Below, piece by piece: positions 60,175 through 64,000 of a stretch of 64,000 nucleotides of DNA (the first letter of the stretch is position 1; each line of letters begins with the position of its first letter). The DNA lies in the NCBI GenBank assembly GCA_951406725.2, contig OX597833.1, forward strand, positions 30,628,001 through 30,692,000, read 5' to 3'. The stretch comes from Octopus vulgaris (lineage: Eukaryota). The notes below the pieces were generated by a model. That model was not told where the DNA came from, searched no databases, and was given only the letters and a program-made list of their open reading frames with translations. The position numbers and the translations under genes are program-made.

Positions 60175-61300
60175 ACAGCATTTATACTGATGTTCTTCAA
60201 GGAGACATTCTAGCTCCATTTCTGTTTACAGTATGTTTAGATTATTTCTTACATATATCCATTAACATCATCAAAGATTATAGGACTGAATGAGCTAGAA
60301 ATAGAAGCTGTCCTGCAGTAAAAATATCAGATGGCGCAGGAGTGGCTGTGTTGTAAGTAGCTTGCTTACCAACCACATGGTTCCAGGTTCAGTCCCACTG
60401 TGTGACACCTTGGGCCAGTGTCTTCTACTATAGCCTCAGGCTGACCAAAGCCTTGTGAGTGGATTTGGTAGATGGAAACTGAAAGAAGCCTGTTGTATAT
60501 ATGTGTGTGTATTTGTGTGTGTGTGTGTGGTTGTTCCCCACCATCACTTGAGAATGTTGGTGTGTTCACATCCCCATAACTTAGCGGTTTGGCAAAAGAG
60601 ACTGATAGAATAAGTACTAGGTTTATAAAGAATAAGTTCTGGGGTCAATTTGTTTGACTAAAGGCCGTGCTCCAGCACGGCCTTTAGTCAAATGGCTGAA
60701 ACAAATAAAAGAAAAAGAAAAGATGCTGACTAAGCAGATGATCTTGCTCTTTTTGCAGACAATATAGAATTAGCAGAGAAAATCTTGTATGCATTGAAAC
60801 TGCAGCTGCACTAATAGGACTCTATGTCAATGCCAATATGGTTGAATGCATAGGCTAAAGCGTAATAAGTGATACCTGTACTCTGAATGATACCAATCTG
60901 AAGATGGTTAATGATTTTACCTACCTGGGAGGTAACTGTGCTTCAACAGAAAAGGATGTTTAGGGAAGGAATGCAAAAGTATTTAGTGACTCAGAATTAT
61001 ATGGGAGACTTCCCTTCCTGATAATATAAAGAAGGGTTTCTTCAAATCAGTCATTAAATTAGTACTTCTCTATGGTTCTTCAACACGGACACTGAACAAG
61101 ACCTGAAAAGAAGCTTGATGGTACATATATGAGAATGCTTTGTGCAATTTTCAATCTTTCTTGGCAGCAACACCCTACAAAGCAGCAACTGTATAGCAAT
61201 CTTCCTACCATCAATCACCTCATTAACCATGGAAAGAACAAGTTATGCAGGACAATAAAGGAGAAGCAAGGATGAAATATCCAGAGGCCTTCTTCTCTGG
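60175..61300 (+). mobile_element. Degraded RTE-like LINE, C-terminal RT part, interrupted by a SINE
   Basis: Reads VLQGDILAPFLF, D*ADDLAL, FTYLG and LLYGSST. Confidence 0.65.
60333..60720 (+). mobile_element. Full-length tRNA-derived SINE
   Basis: GGCGCAGGAGTGGCTGTG..GTAAG (A box) and GGTTCAGTCCC (B box), central (TG)n and an A-rich tail. Closely similar to 62591-63000. Confidence 0.85.
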
Positions 61301-61399
61301 AAACCCATGCACGGACATACATATATTGGCAAATCAAGAACATCTGGTATGGAGGAGTTACATTTGTCTGGGTAAGTCACCCAGGAAGGATGGATAAAT

Positions 61400-62300
61400 G
61401 GATGGAGAGAGATATAGATTGATGACAAGCTCAAAGACATTTAAGGACCCAGGGAAAGGGACTGTCACCCTAAAATCAATTGATGAAAGCAGAGTTATCT
61501 CAGACAGTGAAGAGATGGATTGAACACTTTCAGCAACTGATCAATACACCTGGTGACTTAGCCTTAATTTCCCACCCTCTCCCCAGTACTTGTCAATGTC
61601 CAGCAGAGCACTGTGAATACAGTCCTTGATGATGAAGGAATTTATGGAGGCACTCTTCTGTCTTGAAAATGGCAGAACATCTGGTAGAGATAAATTCCTG
61701 ATGAAATCTGGAAACATTGTGGATTTAACTTTACCAACAGCCCTCATAAAATTATCACTAATGTATGGTTGGAGGACTCAATAATGAAAATGAGTAGATA
61801 TTGTCACAATTTTCAAGAAAGTAGTTTCCCAAACCCTTATTAACAGACTCACTACCCACATAACCAAGAAATAATATTATAAACACAGTGTGATCTTTTT
61901 TGTCAAACTGTGGCACAATAGACATGGACTTCTACTCCTGACAACCCAAGAGAAACACATAGAACAGGAGCAACCCCTGTACATGGTATTTATCGAATTT
62001 ACAACAGCATTCAATGTACTTTAGTCTGGTCTTTATCAACTATTTAGTAAAAATGGTTCCTCTGAAAAATTCTAATCCATGATGGAGGCTGTGCACATTG
62101 GAATCATTGCAAAGGTCAAAATGTAGGAGACACATTGAACTTATTTGCTGTAGCATAGGTGTTAAATATGAATATGTATTGGCATCCACACTATCCTTTA
62201 CCTTCTTTGCATAACTGTTGGTAAAGGCCGCCCGTAATTTTGAAGTCAAAGTTTATATTATAATCACTCCTGCAAAATGGCAGACCCCTTCTCTGCAGGA
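61400..62300 (+). mobile_element. Very degraded RTE/BovB-like LINE
   Basis: Remnants RWIEHFQQLIN and GRTSGRD..P.EIWK. Confidence 0.4.
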
Positions 62301-62590
62301 GAACTACTGAATACAGATAACAGTATACTAGTAACTCATATATCACAGTAAATACAGAGAATCATAAATAAAATATATTGGTCTCAAGATAAATATCAAA
62401 TGACAGATGTGCTGTTCCTATTAAGTTGTATTTGAACACTTGATTAATTAATGGTGGTAATATGAAACCTGTATGAGGCTTTATATGTCTTGGTAATGCA
62501 ATATAAAAAAAATGGCCTATCTTAGCCAGAGTTCATCATTTAGATAATGATTTCACTGTACCTGATATTTTAATTCAAACTTCTCTACAT

Positions 62591-63000
62591 GGCGTAGCAG
62601 TGACTGTGTGATAAGTAGCTTGCTTACCAGCCACATGGTTCCGGGTTCAGTCCCACTGAGTGGCACTTTGGGTAAGTGTCTTCTACTATAGCTTTGGGCC
62701 GACCAAAAGCCTTATGAGTGGATTTGGTAGATGGAAACTGAAAGAAGCCCGTCGTATATACGTGTAGATATATATATGTATATGTTTGGTGTCTGTATTT
62801 GTCCCCCCAACATTGCTTGACAACTGATGCTGGTGTGTTTACGTCCCCGTAACTTAGCAGTTTGGCAAAAGATACCGATAGAATAAGTACTAGGCTTACA
62901 AAGAATAAGTCCTGGGGGCGATTTGCTCAACTAAAGGCGGTGCTCCAACATGGCCACAGTCAAATAACTGAAACAAGCAAAAGAGTCAAGAGAAAGAGTA
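62591..63000 (+). mobile_element. Full-length tRNA-derived SINE
   Basis: Same family as 60333-60720, with an (AAGAGT)-like tail. Confidence 0.85.
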
Positions 63001-63604
63001 TGGTGTATGTTAATATCCACTTTATAATTTTCATGCTGCAGGTGTCACTGGGTATTTTTACCATAATCACCCTGTTTCAAACTATAGCTTGTCTTTAAAA
63101 AAAACCTTTATTCATTTTCTCCAGTGTTGTCACTCAAAAGTTAACTTTGCACATTTCAAATGCTTTCATTTTCAGTCCTTAATTACATTAATTTTTTACA
63201 TATTTCCTTCTATTTGTTGTATTTAATTATATATACACTAAAGTATGTAAGGTACATAATTACATGCATATTTATATGTATGTTTGTCTGTGCTAGCTAC
63301 GTAATTTGTATGTGCCTGTGCGTAAAAGTAAGGTGGCAACCTGTCAGAATTGGTAGCATACCGGATAAAATGCTTAGCAGCATTTCTTCCAGCTCTTTGT
63401 ATTCTAAGGTCAAAGGCCACTGAGGTCAAATTTGTCTTTCATTTCTTTGGATTTGATGTAATAGATTTGACCCCTCTCCTCAAAATTGCTGCTCTTAAAA
63501 ACTTGCAACAGACTGGTGTTTAGTTCAGGTGTGATCTTGGTCACTTACACACCAGGGAAAGTGAGTTAATCAGCCTTGTGAGTCCTAGGGTACAAGGAAA
63601 GAAG

Positions 63605-63775
63605 ATATATATCATTATCATACATATGCAACAGGCGTCTTTCAGTTTCCGACTTCAAATTCACTCACAAAGCCCAAGACTGTAGTAGAAGAAACTTGTC
63701 TTAGGTGCCACACAGTAGGACTGAAACCAGAACCATGTTGTTGGGAAGCAAACTTCTAACCACATGGCCATGCCT
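63605..63775 (-). mobile_element. SINE 5' half (same family as 60333)
   Basis: Reverse complement GGCATGGCCATGTGGTTAGAAG...GGTTTCAGTCCTACTG...GGAAACTGAAAGACGCC. Confidence 0.65.
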
Positions 63776-64000
63776 GTGTGTGCGTAAGTGTGTGCGCGCA
63801 TGCATGCTCACATTCACACACACACACACACACACACACATAGAATAATTAGTCCAAATTTGACAGTTTACATAAAAGGAAAAAGAAAATACAATATCCC
63901 ATCCTAAAATATAAATATTTATGACTGAAACATGACAGTTTGCTTAAAGTAGCTGCCCCCAGCTTCCACCATGGCCTCATGAGGGGCCTGAAACCTGGTA

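Overview
This is AT-rich, repeat-saturated eukaryotic genomic DNA. The tRNA-derived SINE families, (GAT)n-tailed RTE LINEs and overall repeat make-up point to an octopus or other cephalopod; this is an inference from recall, not a database result. One host gene can be rebuilt on the + strand: five phase-consistent GT-AG exons (20762-48065, 1859 coding nt, 5' end missing) encoding a ZU5/ZU5/UPA-like plus C-terminal death-domain protein (DTHD1-like). Almost everything else is transposable element. This includes two R4/Dong-type RLE LINEs in (TAA)n, several mariner/Tc1 relics, a FLYWCH-MULE, a piggyBac whose left end is split by a retroposed insert, Helitron-like and Penelope-like relics, and three Ty3/Gypsy elements (one near-complete with LTRs and TSD, one non-autonomous with a perfect tRNA-Trp PBS, one old). 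It also includes about 9 pieces of one RTE LINE family. That family is the most unusual feature: its ORF2 has a C4HC3 PHD-type finger inserted inside the RT domain, and its 3' tail carries a copy-number-variable tandem array of 61-67-nt double-hairpin units with variable loops. Several near-perfect fold-back repeats, some inside introns of the host gene, are candidate dsRNA or editing substrates.
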